From NCBI RefSeq assembly GCF_009914755.1, contig NC_060933.1: DNA of 64,000 nucleotides; one strand, 5' to 3'. Shown here in pieces: positions 1-14,013 of this stretch. The DNA comes from the human T2T-CHM13v2.0 reference genome, Homo sapiens. The notes beneath the pieces are model-generated. The model was not told the DNA's origin, did not search any database, and worked only from the letters and a program-made list of their open reading frames with translations. Position numbers and translations under genes: made by a program. Numbering within the stretch: position 1 is the first letter of the stretch; every line of letters begins with the position of its first letter.

Positions 1-149
1 CTAACTCTGCAAGCTCCCATTAACCTGGTGATCTCTCATCCTTCACCCCCATAAAATCCTCTCTAAGAAAAGGTTAGATAAACCCAGGCTCTACTTCCCT
101 GGGATATACACATTCTCAGAGCCTGGAGAGAATATAAGCTAAAGGAAAA

Positions 150-325
150 CAACATTTCTTGAGCCTATTAGGAGGGAGGCAATTTCCTTATGGGCTATCT
201 CATTAATTCCTCAAATCAGCCCTGTGACAGAAGTCTTATTAACCTATTTTACACACTGGTTAGGTCACTCCCATAGACACAGTTATTGAGGGCAAAGTCC
301 AGATTTGAATTCAGCTCTCCTTGCA
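150..325 (-). mobile_element. MIR SINE (diverged)
   Basis: Antisense MIR core: atctcattaattcctca...ctattttacac...ggttaggtcact...gatttgaattcag; boundaries approximate. Confidence 0.55.
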
Positions 326-724
326 TCTAATAAAGGGCATGGATTTTCTGTGTTCACTATGGGTTGGTGAGTGTGAGGGCAGAATGCTTTAGAAAGAGGA
401 ATATTTTCAGGAGGCTCCAACACATGGATGGATGCTGAAGAAACCAACCGAGAAGTAAAATGGGGTCCGGAGTGTGGGAACTGAGGGTTTCAGAGGAGCA
501 GGGTGCATTAGAGTAGGCAGTGGCTGCCAGGCTTTTTGAGGCCCAAACCAGAGACTTGGGTCTGCAGAGCTGTGATTGTGTTCCACCCAGAGCACCTGCA
601 GGGCAATCTCTTTTCTTCCATGTGCCACTGATAGTATTTTGGAAAAGCTCTGGCAAAAGTTCTCAAAATAGCCAAATTCAGTGGACATATTTTTCCCTCA
701 ACTAGACCTTGACATTTGACACAG

Positions 725-1087
725 TGATATGGTTTGGATCTGTGTCCCCACCCAAATCTCATCTTGAATTGTAGCTCCCATAATTCCCATGTGTTATGGG
801 AGGGACCGGGTGGGAGATAATTGAATCATGGGGGTGGTTTCTCCCATACTGTCCTCATGGTAGTGAATAAGTCTCATGAGATCTGATGGTTTTATAAGGG
901 GTTTCCCTTTCACTTGGCTCTCTCATTCTTGCTTGTGTGCTGCCATGTAAGATGTGCCTTTCACCTTCCACCATGATTATGAGGCCTCCCCAGCCACGTG
1001 GAGCTGTGAGTCCATTAAACCTTTTTCTTTACAAATTACTCAGCCTTGGGTATGTCTTTATCAGCAGCGTGAGAACAGACTAATACA
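725..1087 (+). mobile_element. THE1 (MaLR) solo LTR
   Basis: Begins TGATATGGTTTGG..TGTGTCCCCACCCAAATCTCATC, ends GACTAATACA; ATTAAA poly(A) signal; perfect 5-bp TSD CACAG at 720-724 and 1088-1092. Confidence 0.95.
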
Positions 1088-1099
1088 CACAGTAAACCA

Positions 1100-1860
1100 C
1101 TCCCTTCTGGAAATAACCTTCAGTCGTTCCCCAGGCATCTCACTCTCCTTCCCTCCCTTCACTCTGACCATTCCCCTCAAGTCCCCGTAGCTGGGTCTTC
1201 TCCTACTGCTTTCTAGTAAGCATGGACTCTAAGGACTGCATCCTTGGCCTACTTATTTCATCACTTACCACAGTTTCCCTGGGTGACCTCTTAAACTGCA
1301 GTATATTTAGTTCCTGAATTTAAGAATGGCAGCTTTCAAGTCTGATCTCCAGCTCAGACCCTTTAGGGTGGTGAGTGGGGGTGGCATTTTCATCCAAATG
1401 TCTTCTGGGTACCTTGAACTCAACATGTCCCAAACAGAACCCAGTAATCTCCCTCCAAGTGCCCTTAAATCTGTGCCCTCCCTGGTCTCTTTCCAGGTGA
1501 TGGTCCATCTATCTATGCAGCTGCCCAAGCCAGAAATCTGGGAGCGATCCTAACCACCTGCCTTTCACCCACCCCTGCCTAATAAGCCTCGTTCTACCTC
1601 CAGCATCTCCTAGGTCTGTGTCCTCTTCACTACCTCCTGCCACTACTTTAGTACAGGTGCCTTTGGGAGTCATTCCTCGATTATCACTGCAGCCTCCAGG
1701 TGGTCCCCCTGTCTCTAAAGCCCTCCTAATTTTCTACCTGTGGCCATTCTTTCTTAAAGATATATGACCATCACCAAATTCTATTTGAAGGTTTTTAAAA
1801 TCTCACAGTTTTCAGGATGAAATCCAGTAGTTTAGCCAGACACACAAAGTCCTTTGTTAC
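1100..1860 (+). mobile_element. L2 LINE fragment
   Basis: L2-typical motifs, e.g. ccttgaactcaacatgtcccaaacagaac and ctccagctcagacc; boundaries approximate. Confidence 0.65.
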
Positions 1861-1874
1861 CTGGGAAGTGGGTA

Positions 1875-2045
1875 AGAGTCAGGAGCACGTGGATTTGAAT
1901 CCTGGTACCTTGGGTAAATGACTAATCCTCTCTCAACGTCTGCTTCCTCAATTGTAGAATAGGGATCAACCACAGTATTCACGTAATCTATAAAAAGCAC
2001 TTTTAAGAGTGCCTGGCCCATATTAAGAGATCAATAAATATTCTC
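1875..2045 (+). mobile_element. MIR SINE
   Basis: ttgaatcctgg...accttgggtaaatgactaatcctctct...gtgcctggc...tcaataaata. Confidence 0.7.
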
Positions 2046-2749
2046 GATCATCATTGTTGCCTGGCTTCCAGGTTGTGATGGGTGTGAGGTAAGGGGACAC
2101 TCATGGAAGAGCTCTGCCTCTGCACATCCTCTCATTTCTTCATCTTTGCTTCCTCATCTGACACAGAACCGATGGCTCTCAGAGAGGTAGGGAGTGGGGA
2201 CAGAGGAAGGATGAACACATTGCCTGCAGTGGCAAGTTGGCTCAAAGGGATGGCCCTCAGTGGAAATGCACAGGCAGAGGAAGAAGGGTTTTGAGTCAAA
2301 GCACCAAGTGACTTGTCAAGTTTTGACATTGGCTGCCAAGCTTGAGCTGCGTCCTCTGTAAGAATTCGCTACTCAGTCCCTTGAGCTTCCTTTGGAGCAA
2401 ATTTAAGAGGTCTAACATGTTCCCAGTACCATTCTCCCTGATGGCTGAACTTGTGGGAAACGTGTAGAGCTCTTAGTTGTGTACAGATGGCACTCTGCAT
2501 GGCAGTAGGGCTGGACAGGAAAGGTGCAGACTGATGGGCCTCTCTCTGAGGAGGGAGCTGGCTGAGGGAGGGAGGATGGCAGGTTGCCTTGGAAGGTCCC
2601 ATCTTGAAGAGTGAGCTGGAGGCACCAGGTGAAGTGGGGCCAGCCAATGCCACATTACAAATTAGTGACGTTGGGCCCTGGTACTTCAGTAACAGTGACA
2701 ACCCCCCTCAGTTTCTTTCAGGGTCCTCCTGTGCCCCTTATCTTTTAGA

Positions 2750-3050
2750 GATTAAGACCACAGATTTGGGGGCAAAATTTTCAGGATTAGAACCTCAGTT
2801 CTGCCATTGCCATTTAGTAGCCAGTGTAACTTTAGGTGAGTGGCTTTATCTCTCTCTCTTTTTTCTTTTTCTTTTTTTTGAAAGTAAAGAAATAAAGAAA
2901 TAGGCAGAACACCCGGCTTTAATCTCTTTATGCCTCTGCTCTCTCATCTGTAAAGTGGGGATAATATCATAGTAGCATCCACCTTAAAGAGTTATTGTGG
3001 GAATTTAAATGAGTTATTAGAACAGTACCTCGCACGTAGTAAACGCTATG
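2750..3050 (+). mobile_element. MIR SINE interrupted by a short poly(A)-tailed insertion
   Basis: MIR core ctcatctgtaaagtggggataat...ttaaatgagtta; interrupted at about 2854-2914. Confidence 0.7.
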
Positions 3051-3497
3051 GACAGGCAGTATTAACAAGGGTTTCAGGGAGGCATTTAGACCACACAATA
3101 GGCTGAGAGACAGAAGTGATGAGTTTGGTGCCAATCATAATATAGAAAGACAAAAAAAAAAAAAAACCCAAACACCATAATCCCAAATGTTGAAATCCCA
3201 AAAGATCAAAATCCCTAAAAATTACAATCCCTAAAGTCTAAAATCCTTAACATCTAAAATCCCTAATGTCTACATTCAGAAAATCGCAATCCCAACAGAT
3301 TAAAATCCTGAATGTTGAAATCCTGAAAGCCGAATTCTAGGGAGGGGATTAGTATATTTTCAGTTGCATGCAGGATTACTGCATTGTGTCAGTTGCATCA
3401 TATTAGGCAGAACAATTACCTTGTTATTGTCTTTATTTGGAAATGAAGTATGGCTTACAGAGATATGTGTGGGTGCCAAGTGGATGAGGGGTAGAAT

Positions 3498-4049
3498 TGT
3501 GGACTTAATTTTAGGTGTCAATTTGACTGAATTAAGGAATACCTAAAAACCTGGTAAAGCGTTATTTTGGGTGTGTCTGTGAGGATGTTTCCAGAGATTA
3601 GTGTGTGAGTCTGAATGAATTAGGCAGGGAAGATCTGCCCTCAATGCTGGCAGGCACCATCTAATCAGCCAGGAGCCTAAAGAGAACAAACACAGAAGGC
3701 AAACTGGTCTTTCTCTGAAGCTGGCATGGGCTTTTCTGCTGCTGCCTTGGATATCAGAACTTCAGGGTAGCCGGTCTTTGGGCTCCAGGACTTACACCAG
3801 CAGCACCCTGGGTCCTGAGGCTTTTGACCTTGGACTGAGAGATACACCATCTGCTTTCTAGATTCTGAGGCTTTCAAGTTTGGACAGAGCCACACTACCA
3901 GCATCCCCGGGTCTCCAGCTTGCAGATGGCCTGTCATGGGGTTTTTCAGCCTCCGTAATCATGTGAGCCAATTCCCCAATAAATCCCCTCTCATAGATCT
4001 ATATCAATATCCTATTGGTTCTGTCTCTCTGGAGAACCCTGACTAATAT
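3498..4049 (+). mobile_element. MLT2B (ERVL) LTR carried inside Ricksha
   Basis: tgtgg..ttaattttaggtgtcaatttgactg... through cctattggttctgtctctctggagaaccctgactaata; AATAAA near 3978. Confidence 0.9.
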
Positions 4050-4088
4050 AGATTTGATATCAGGGAAGCCAGATATTATTCTTACTGT

Positions 4089-4606
<518 letters not shown>

Positions 4607-5979
4607 AATACAAATACAATACTCATTGTATTTTGAAGATCTTAGAGGTAAAAATGCAGAACAATACAAGAACTCTCTCCTGGCAAATTATTTAATCATG
4701 TATGACTTCTGCCCCTGTGCACACAGTGCCAGTTTGCCATACTGTTTTTCACCTTCACATTATTACCAATACTGGAGGTATGACTTATGTAAACTTTAGG
4801 GGGTTCTAATTCGTTTTATGCACTTTTTTGCAAATTTGACACCACAAAAGTGCATTATCACAACATTGTCTTTGTATATGAGCATTGCACATGTCCATAA
4901 AAATGTTGAAACTCCCTCAATAAACAAAGAGCTGTCCCTTTTGTATATCTGCGTTTGTGAAAAATAAAATTTCACAAGATCTGGGCTCTTGAGCTACTGC
5001 ATATGTGGTAGTAACCCCTCAAAGTTTTTGAATGATCTTGTCAAATGACTGAGGTTGTCCTTCCAGGTATATCCGATGACCGCAGTTATAAAGCTGACGC
5101 ACACAATTACCAACCATAGTGAAGCACTTTTATACATGTCACTTTTTGACCTCTTTATGAATATGGTTCATCTGCTCATAACTTTTATACTCATGACTGT
5201 AGTTAGTATACCTGAGTGTTTATACTTGCAAAAATATATTTTATTGCCTATTTTACTGTACAAAGTGGCCTATGCAGTGTTTATCATATTTTTATATGTT
5301 TCTCAAATAAATTCCCCTTAAAAACATAAATAAATGTTTTTTAAATAATTTATAAAATTATTGTTTTCCATAATTATATTTTCAGGATTTCAACATTCAG
5401 GATTGTGTCTTTGGGGATGATAGCCCAAGCTCTGCTGGGTTCTGCTGTCATCCGTGTCTCTAATGATTCATGTCACTTAGTCCCTCTGACCTCAGTTTCC
5501 TTATCCAAAACAGTGTCTGGACAATGTGTTTTCATAGCAAGCAGTCCCCAGCCCTTGGTTTTGCCCCCTGTGCTGGGAGGAGTCCCAGGCTATCCTCTCT
5601 CTCCCTGACTGCTGCCCTCATCCTCTGGTCACCAAGGCCTGGGTAAGTTTGCTCTGGTTCTGTTTTTAGAGAGCTGTCTCTCTGGGTTCTATTTGCCAGC
5701 CCCTCCTTAACCGTTGTGGCCCAAACACTCCCTGCTGTGGCCAGCTTTGAGGTACGACCCATCCTTTGTTGTTTTCCTAAACCCAGTCCACACCATTGAA
5801 AAACAAATTCCTTTATTAAACTTCACTTGCTACCCAGCATGAGTGCACCATGATGGATCTGGAATCAAACCCCAGTAATTTGAATCCAGAGTTCTTAACC
5901 ACTACACTGTCCTCATCATCTCAGGATGCAAGTGACTTCACATCTCCTTAGTTTTCTAACCGAACTGATTTGAGCCCCC

Positions 5980-6333
5980 TGTATTAGTCTGTTCTTTTAC
6001 TGCTAATAAAGACATACCCAAGATTGGGTAATTTATAAAGGAAAGTGGATTAATGGACTCAAAGTTCCACATGGCTGGGGAGGCCTCAAAGTCATGGAGG
6101 AAGTCGAATGAGGAGCAAAGTCACGTCTTACACAGTGGCAGGCAAGAGAGAGAACTCCCCTTTATAAAACCATCAGATCTCGTGAGACTTGTTCACTATC
6201 GTGAGAACAGCAGGAGAAAAACCTGCCCCCATGATTCAATTACCTCCCACCAAGTCCCTTCCACGACAGGTGGGAATTACAGGAGCTACAATTCAAGATG
6301 AGATTTGGGTGGGGACACAGCCAAACCAAATCA
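5980..6333 (-). mobile_element. THE1 (MaLR) solo LTR
   Basis: tgtattagtc...gagatttgggtggggacacagccaaaccaaatca; near-TSD CCCCC/CCCCT. Confidence 0.93.
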
Positions 6334-7329
6334 CCCCTTTTGTTTTGGGGTTGTGGACCCCATGCTTCTGTTGGAGCCTCTCCATCCTTCTGAATTCTTT
6401 GTCTCAGTCCAAGTACTGGAAGGAGGGAGAGAGGGAGGCTCTGAGGAGGCCCTCTTGGTCCTGGTGTGATCCCTGCTGCTGTTTCTCCAGCACGTCATCA
6501 TGGGCTGTCATTGTGGAAAGCTGGCCTCACGCAGTCTGGCCTTCCTGTCTGCTGCTGCTGTGAGACTGTGGCTCATCCGGGCTGTTTTCTGTCATGAACG
6601 AGTGACAGCACTCTCAGGCCCAAGATACCCCTGGGTTACACATGTGCGGCCTCCTTTTATTCTCACAAAGCTCTTATGCCACACAAACTTCTCTTCACAC
6701 TGGAAATGAGGAAACTGAGGCCTAGGAAGAGTAACTCACTGATCTGCATTATATATATTAGAACTTTCCAGCTTTAAAATAAAATTTGCCTCCTAAACCT
6801 CCTTCCTGGTGTTAACAACATTCTTAAGAGTTAATCATGGGCCTCCCCAGCCAGGGCCCGGGGCCTTTTGTAGAGTCCGCCCTCTATTTGATTTGTTCCA
6901 TGATCTCAAGCTCTGAATTTGTCCTGTATTTATCACTTTCTCTTTCTTCCCCTCTGTTCACTCCACAAACTCTCTTTCTTTCCTCCCCCAACCCACCGCC
7001 CCCCATTACACTTTGAGAAGTTGTTAAAATCCAGAGTGAGTGAGCGTGTCCCATTAAAACCCCTTTTCTTTTCAAACGGAATGTGAGTCTTTCCAGATTC
7101 CCTTTTCCCATCACCCGGCTCGCCGTTCAGCCACATTTAAGTCCACTGCTGACAGATGGACTTCCGCTCTTCCCTAAGATCCCTCTCCCTCGCCAGGAAT
7201 ATTCTATGCATACATTGTTGCTGGAACGGTAACATTTGCAAAACCTTAACATTCCATGTCTCATATCCACAGGAATAATTCTTTTCAGAATTGTAGCTGG
7301 ACAAATCCTAACCGATGGGTGTTAAGTTT

Positions 7330-7500
7330 CTAAGATCAAAGAATTTTTGAGCTAGAAAGCCTATTGGAGATCTACAGGCAGCTCCACTCTAGACAGATGA
7401 GGAACTTGAAACCTGCAGTGCTCAGGGGACCTGCCCAAGGTCAACCATCAGCTTGAGCGTGGACCAGAGTCCAGGTCCACTGACTCTTGGGCAGCGCCCA
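7330..7500 (-). mobile_element. MIR SINE
   Basis: acagatgaggaacttgaa...acctgcccaaggtca. Confidence 0.55.
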
Positions 7501-8962
7501 GCACTGTTGTGATGCAACTTGCAACATTTTCCACCTCCCGGCATCATGGCAGCCTCGCCTGAGTTTTTGGTGTGGGAGGGTGTCATGTACAGGGAAGGGA
7601 CTGGGGGATACAGGCAAGTAAGGGCTCACATGTCAGCCCTGCCACTTACATGCTCTGTGTCTAGTCAGGTTACTGGACCCATCCGCACCTCAGTTTCCTG
7701 TCCTTGATGAATGTTTGTTTGAGGATATGAGGGTGCATGGCACATAGGTGAAGAAGTGATTGCCTCTTTTCTCTCATCTCCTGCTCCCGTGCCTCTCCAT
7801 AAAGCAATCCGCTGTCAACCTGCCTCCTGAGCACGGCCCCTCTCCATCAATGGTGGCAGCAGATGCTATTTGCCACGAAGGCTGAATCACCAAAGGCTGC
7901 AGTGTGGGGCCAGAGAAAGCTCCTGATGTGAGTCTGGCACCTCAAGATGGTGTCTCCCTCACTGGGGCTGCACCACTTCATTTCACAGGCTTTGTAGAGT
8001 GATGGGTTTTAAAGCACAGTTTCACAACTATTCCACTAGAAGGCTTTGGGTCCATAGATGAGTAAATCTGAACATCTCTTCTCATGGCCATGCTGCCTGT
8101 CACCTCAGTGATGCATTCAAGTTCTTGCCCCGTTAGCACTCTCCTTCGAGCCTCAGAACTGAGCCAGTCTTTGTCAAAGGGAGAGGAGGTGGCCTTGGTT
8201 CCCAGAACCTGCAGCCTGGCCTGCTGATGTTCTTTCCTGCCTTCTGAAACCATCTTTCCTTTTCTTCCGGGTTCAGCGCTCCTTTTAAAAGTGGGCTCAT
8301 GAGGCCACGTATTTGAGTGCGTGGAAAGATATGGTCCTTCTCTGGGGTCCGGGCTTTGTAGACAGCAGCTAGACCATGGCCAGAGGGAGCGAAGGGAGTT
8401 GCCCATTCAGGGATCCTGGAAGAACACCCTGGTAACCCATTATCCTGCCCTCAAGGAACCCTCTAATTAGTAGGGGGAAAGATACATAATAAATAATTGC
8501 TACATTGTGACAGAGGCTGTCATTCGGGTGTGCACGAAGTCCAGAGATGGCACAAAGGCTTCCGCAGCTGCATGGAGTAGTCAGTGGGGCTCCCACAGGA
8601 GGTAACGTTAGAGTGAATTCTCAAGGACTCGTAGGAGGGCACCAGCTAGATGGGGAGGGAGATTTCAGGCATAGCGAGTCCCATAAGCACCTTTGTTGTT
8701 GTTGTTCTCTAAAGATCCTCTCCCCTGCCTTCCCCACTAGGACCTGGAGATTCCTTGATTAGTGGTGGTTAACTGTGACAGGCCTCCTACCTGTCTGGAA
8801 TAGAGCCAGGGGGAGGACTTAACATGGAAACTGCCGGCTTCAAGGTTCAAAAAATATATTTTTTAATGTAAAAAGCCATTTAAACATTTCCTCCAGGGAG
8901 CTGTTTGATGGAGAGAGTCCTTGCAGCTTGGGTCTTGAAAGGATCACTGCAGGTCAGAGCTT

Positions 8963-9142
8963 CTCAGGGAAGTGTTATTGGCATGTTGGATGGGATATTT
9001 CTTAGTGGGGAGCATTTAGGACACTAGTCCTTCAGGCACTAAGGCAATGAGCATTGTTGTGACAACCCAGACACCCCCTCCCCACACACATATATCCAAA
9101 CACGCAGGGCGGGGGGCAGGTGGAACTACCTTGGTGAGAACT
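8963..9142. mobile_element. hAT-Charlie MER (MER20/MER117-like) remnant
   Basis: cagagcttctca...gttgtgacaaccca...ggtgagaac termini. Confidence 0.45.
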
Positions 9143-9169
9143 TAACGTGGAGACGAAGCCCCTCGGGGC

Positions 9170-9760
9170 AAGGGTGGATGCAGAGAGGCCAGTTGGGAAG
9201 CTGCTGCGGTGGCCAGGTGAGAGGGGGCAGTGGCTGTCGGGCTGGTGGAGGTGGGAAGGTAGGATTTGAGGAATTTAATGATGGATGAGGCATTAGAGAA
9301 AGAGAAGGACAAAGGAGGACCTCAGATTTTTGACCTGAGCATTTAGAAAAATGGAGATGTCATTTATGGAGATGGGGGAACTGTAGTAGGGGCAGAGATT
9401 TTTGTTATCTTTGTTCGTTTATTTGATAGGGAGATGGGGTAAAATTACATTTTAGTTCTGAGATGCCCAGAGATGTTTTGGCAGATGTCTGAGTATGGAG
9501 TTCAGAGAGAGTTCAGGAGGCAGAGAGAAGTTTGGGGTCCTCTTGGTGGCTAAAGCCACAGGCTGGCTGAGCTGGGTCACTGAGGAGTCTGGGGGCAGAG
9601 CCTGTGGTCCTTGACACTCATGTGAAGAGGAAGAGGAGACCGGTGTAGTAGGAGAAGAACCTGCTGAGGGAGGGCTCTGGAAGCTTTCTGTGAGAGTGTG
9701 CCAGGCTCTGTGTGGGGTCCTTTCATGTCCACTGCCCCCTCAGCAACGCCGCTGGGCCCT
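9170..9760 (-). mobile_element. L2 LINE fragment
   Basis: cagatttttgacctgagca...gtcatttatggagatggggga...gtatggagttcagagagagttcagg. Confidence 0.7.
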
Positions 9761-10129
9761 GTGAGGCTCATAGTATATTGCAGGAAGAAGGCTCTGAGAG
9801 GGCATAATCCTTCTGCGTTCGCTTTTGGCAAATGAAACGTGTAATTTCTTGATGCCTATCCTCATTTTGCAGCATGTTGGCCTTACCTTGCATCTGCTGA
9901 ACATAGCCCTAAAGTAGTGGGAGATGACACACATGTGCCTCCTCCAAGTTCAGGGGCTCAGGAAGGGAGAGGAAGCCACCAATGGTTCAAGCGGATTATT
10001 CCTGATGCTCCCAGATTCTGTGTATGTTAGGAACTATTGCAGAATGCAGTAATTTCTCTGGGCTCTTTTTAAAGCAAGCAAGTGCTATTAAATCAGAAAT
10101 TTTACCTTTATTTGAATTAAGAAAAATTC

Positions 10130-10450
10130 AAACGTGTACCCTCTATATGCCAACAATTGGGTAATGAAATATTCTGCAGCCATTTATGTTTCTGAGAAGG
10201 AGGCAACAACATGGAAGAATGCTTTTATTTTAAAGCTTAGCAGACTATAACATTGCATATTCAACAGATCACAACCATGTAATCTAAACGAAACAAAACA
10301 GATATTCAGGAAAAAAACCCAAACATTATAAATAATCTGCTAAATTATTAATAGTGGTTTTCATTGGTGGTGGGAAAATAAGAAATTTGTGTCTTTTCCC
10401 TGATTTTATATATTTTCCACATTTTTGTCATGAGTATATTCTGTATTGTT
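10130..10450 (+). mobile_element. Old L1ME 3' end remnant
   Basis: aatattctgcagccatt...ttaatagtggtttt...atattttccacattttt, typical of L1ME 3' UTRs. Confidence 0.5.
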
Positions 10451-10455
10451 TTAGA

Positions 10456-10988
<533 letters not shown>

Positions 10989-12242
10989 TAACAGTGAAGT
11001 TTTAAAGTATAAAAAATAATATAAGAGAAGATGAATTATATCTCATTAAAGCTGTTAAAGCAATATAAGCATTTAAAATGTGCTCAGTATATTATGTTTA
11101 AAATTTAATTGTAATGTAGAAATGAGTTTGGATTTCAAAATAGAGAATGTAGACACAGCAGAAGTATTGGAGTTTTTATTTAAATTGCTTATTTTCTAGC
11201 ACAATAAAAAGCGATCCAGCATTGAGTTTTCATGCCTGAGTTCAGTTTTAGTTTAAGAAGAAACAATAACCTGGACATTATTAGGTGTTGTTCTGTAACA
11301 ACTTCTGCTGTTATGAATGACATCCTTTTATATATATGTCTTGATCTTTACACAAGGAGTTCATATCATGTGAGTAATGTTTTTTGAGGTGGGAGCAAAG
11401 CTTATTAACCCCATTTTATAGATGAAAATGATAAGAACCATGAAGGTTCAGTTCCCAAAGTCACGAAACAAGAAGCAAAATCAAAGCCTCTTAGTTCTTG
11501 AAGCCCAGAGGATTTTATTATCTTTTACAATATGGAGAAAACAGTTTCTGATAAACGGTAGTGGGAAGGGAACTTCCCCCAGGAACTGGAAAGATTTAAG
11601 ATGTGCTGGTTTTGGTTAAGTTCTTTCAAGGAAGTTTTTTTTGTTTGTTTTGTTTTGTTTTTTTGTTAGTGCTTCATTTTGTTTTGTTTTTGGCTTCTAG
11701 AGCTATTGTAAGATCAGTCCTCAGAAGGCAGGGCACTGTGTGTCTATTCAAGGTTGCTCTTTATCTGGTAGGATCTGCACCTTTAGGCTTTCCATGGGAA
11801 TGCCAAGTCCAAAACCCTTGTCCCTTGTCTCTTCATGTGACCTGCCACTGGGTCCCCAGCCCCAAAGCCCCCTCCCGCTTCCCTCCCTCTGCCACACACA
11901 AGCCCTGTTGCCAGACCGGGAGGTAGCAACCGTGATTCCACATCCAGCAGTTTAGGTTTAGAGAGATTTATAAAGGTGCCAAGCTCCCCCCAGATGATAT
12001 TCCTGGATCCACTCAGGCACAGTGGACACGGCATCAGAGAGATTGGCTGCAGGTTAGCAGGGGCTGGGACACCTCCCTCTATGCCCTTGTCTGGGTGGCC
12101 CTGAGTGTTTGCTGTGAGCAGCAGGCAGCAGTGCAAATGAAGCAGAGCACAAATGAATCTCCTGAATGTTTTCAGACCTAAAGTCTCAATCCCTTTTGGT
12201 TCAAGGTCTAGGGGAGAGTTGAAGCCAGTTGTGAATTTTTTG

Positions 12243-12273
12243 AAAAAAAAAAAATAATAATAATAATAATAAA
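12243..12273. repeat. A-tract plus (AAT)n microsatellite
   Basis: aaaaaaaaaaaataataataataataataaa. Confidence 0.9.
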
Positions 12274-12598
12274 TTGGTTCACCCGTCTGTCAGAGCTGCC
12301 AAGAAATATTCACATGAGGGGGACTATCCAAAAAAATGAAGAGTAGCTCTTGTCCAAGACCGATCTCTGGAACTCTCTCCCTCCCCTTGCTCAGAACCAC
12401 TTCCTCTCCTCAAATCTCACTTTAAAACCTTCCTGTTTGCTTTAGCCTATGACTGACTCAGGCCCCATTCATCTTTCTTTCCTCTCTCCCCATGACCACA
12501 TCCTTCCACTCTCCTCTCATCATCCACCGTGAGAACACTCCCCTGCCTCTTTCCTCCCTCTATTTCTCAGCCCCCTTGCCTGTTACCCTGCAGTGACA

Positions 12599-12631
12599 GC
12601 AGGTATGCTGCAGGTATGCTGCAGGTATCCT
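12599..12631. repeat. 11-bp tandem repeat x3 (GCAGGTATGCT)
   Basis: gcaggtatgct gcaggtatgct gcaggtatcct. Confidence 0.9.
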
Positions 12632-13692
12632 CGCCGGCGTGCACAAGTCACCTCCCCGTCCAGATGTGTTTGTGAGCATGAAGATTCTCCACACGGGGGC
12701 CTGTTCCTTTGCCTGGTTCTCAGAGGAGGAGATAATGAATTTCAGTGGTACTTCTGCATAAAGAGGGACTTTGCAAGGTGTATTTCAGGAGTTACCGATT
12801 CAGAAACTGGAGAAGCAGAACACAAAGAGACCTTGTAATAGACCAGCAAAGATACCAATTCCCCGCTGTGTTTCCTTTGAGATACTTCAGGTAAAGCCTG
12901 AAGGAGAGGTGGGAATAAAACACAGGCCAAACTGGAGCTGTTGTTTTGCCTCCAGAATAGAATTCTAATTGTCTCAACTGAGCTTCTTATTTCCCTCAAG
13001 TAATGAGAAACGTAAATTCCTCAGCAAAGTTCTAAGGCAGGATTGACCCTGGGAAAACAATCCCAGCGTAAGCTCAAGTGTTTGAATTCTTTTTGTTCAG
13101 GTTGTAGACTCAATACTTTCTAACTAGTGTGGTTTCAGTTGTGTTTTCTGAACAACAGGCATGCTGTGGGTTTTCCCACAATGCATTCCTGTCCTCCCTT
13201 CCAAGATGGTGCCTTTTCCCACAAACATGGAAGCAAAATGGTCTGTTCCTGTCTCCACAGTGACCTCGCTGCTGGCTCCAAAAGAAATGCTTCCAGAACC
13301 AAGCACCCGAGACAGTGTCTGATGAGCCATGTTCTTGGGTCATTTTTGATCTTATTACAATTATAACAGCTGCCATTTCCCTACCACGTTATTGTTTCCA
13401 AAGCACATTTGTATTTGCTCATGAGGTACATCAGGCAGGTGCGAATGTTTCTGTTTTACACTTAAAGGACTAAGATTGACATGACTTGTCCAAGGTCACA
13501 GAAGTTGAGTGGTGGGGTTGGAATTCACACGAATATTCTTTAGAAACTACGGCCCAATTAGAGGCATCCCCGGGTGAGAATATGCGTCCGGTGTCCGGAG
13601 AGGACTTCCACACTGTGAGTGATGCAAACGGCACCTCAAGGGGGCTTTCCAGGGGACACTGGGCTTTTTGCTTGATTTTTGATAGCAGGTCT

Positions 13693-14013
<321 letters not shown>

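Noticed and set aside
3170-3335. Spaced AAAATCCC repeats resembling a CRISPR array or satellite
   Set aside because: Irregular short spacers in a eukaryotic context; explained as Ricksha subterminal repeats.
7840-7865. CTCF-like motifs here and at about 9215 and 17255
   Set aside because: Several mismatches in core positions.
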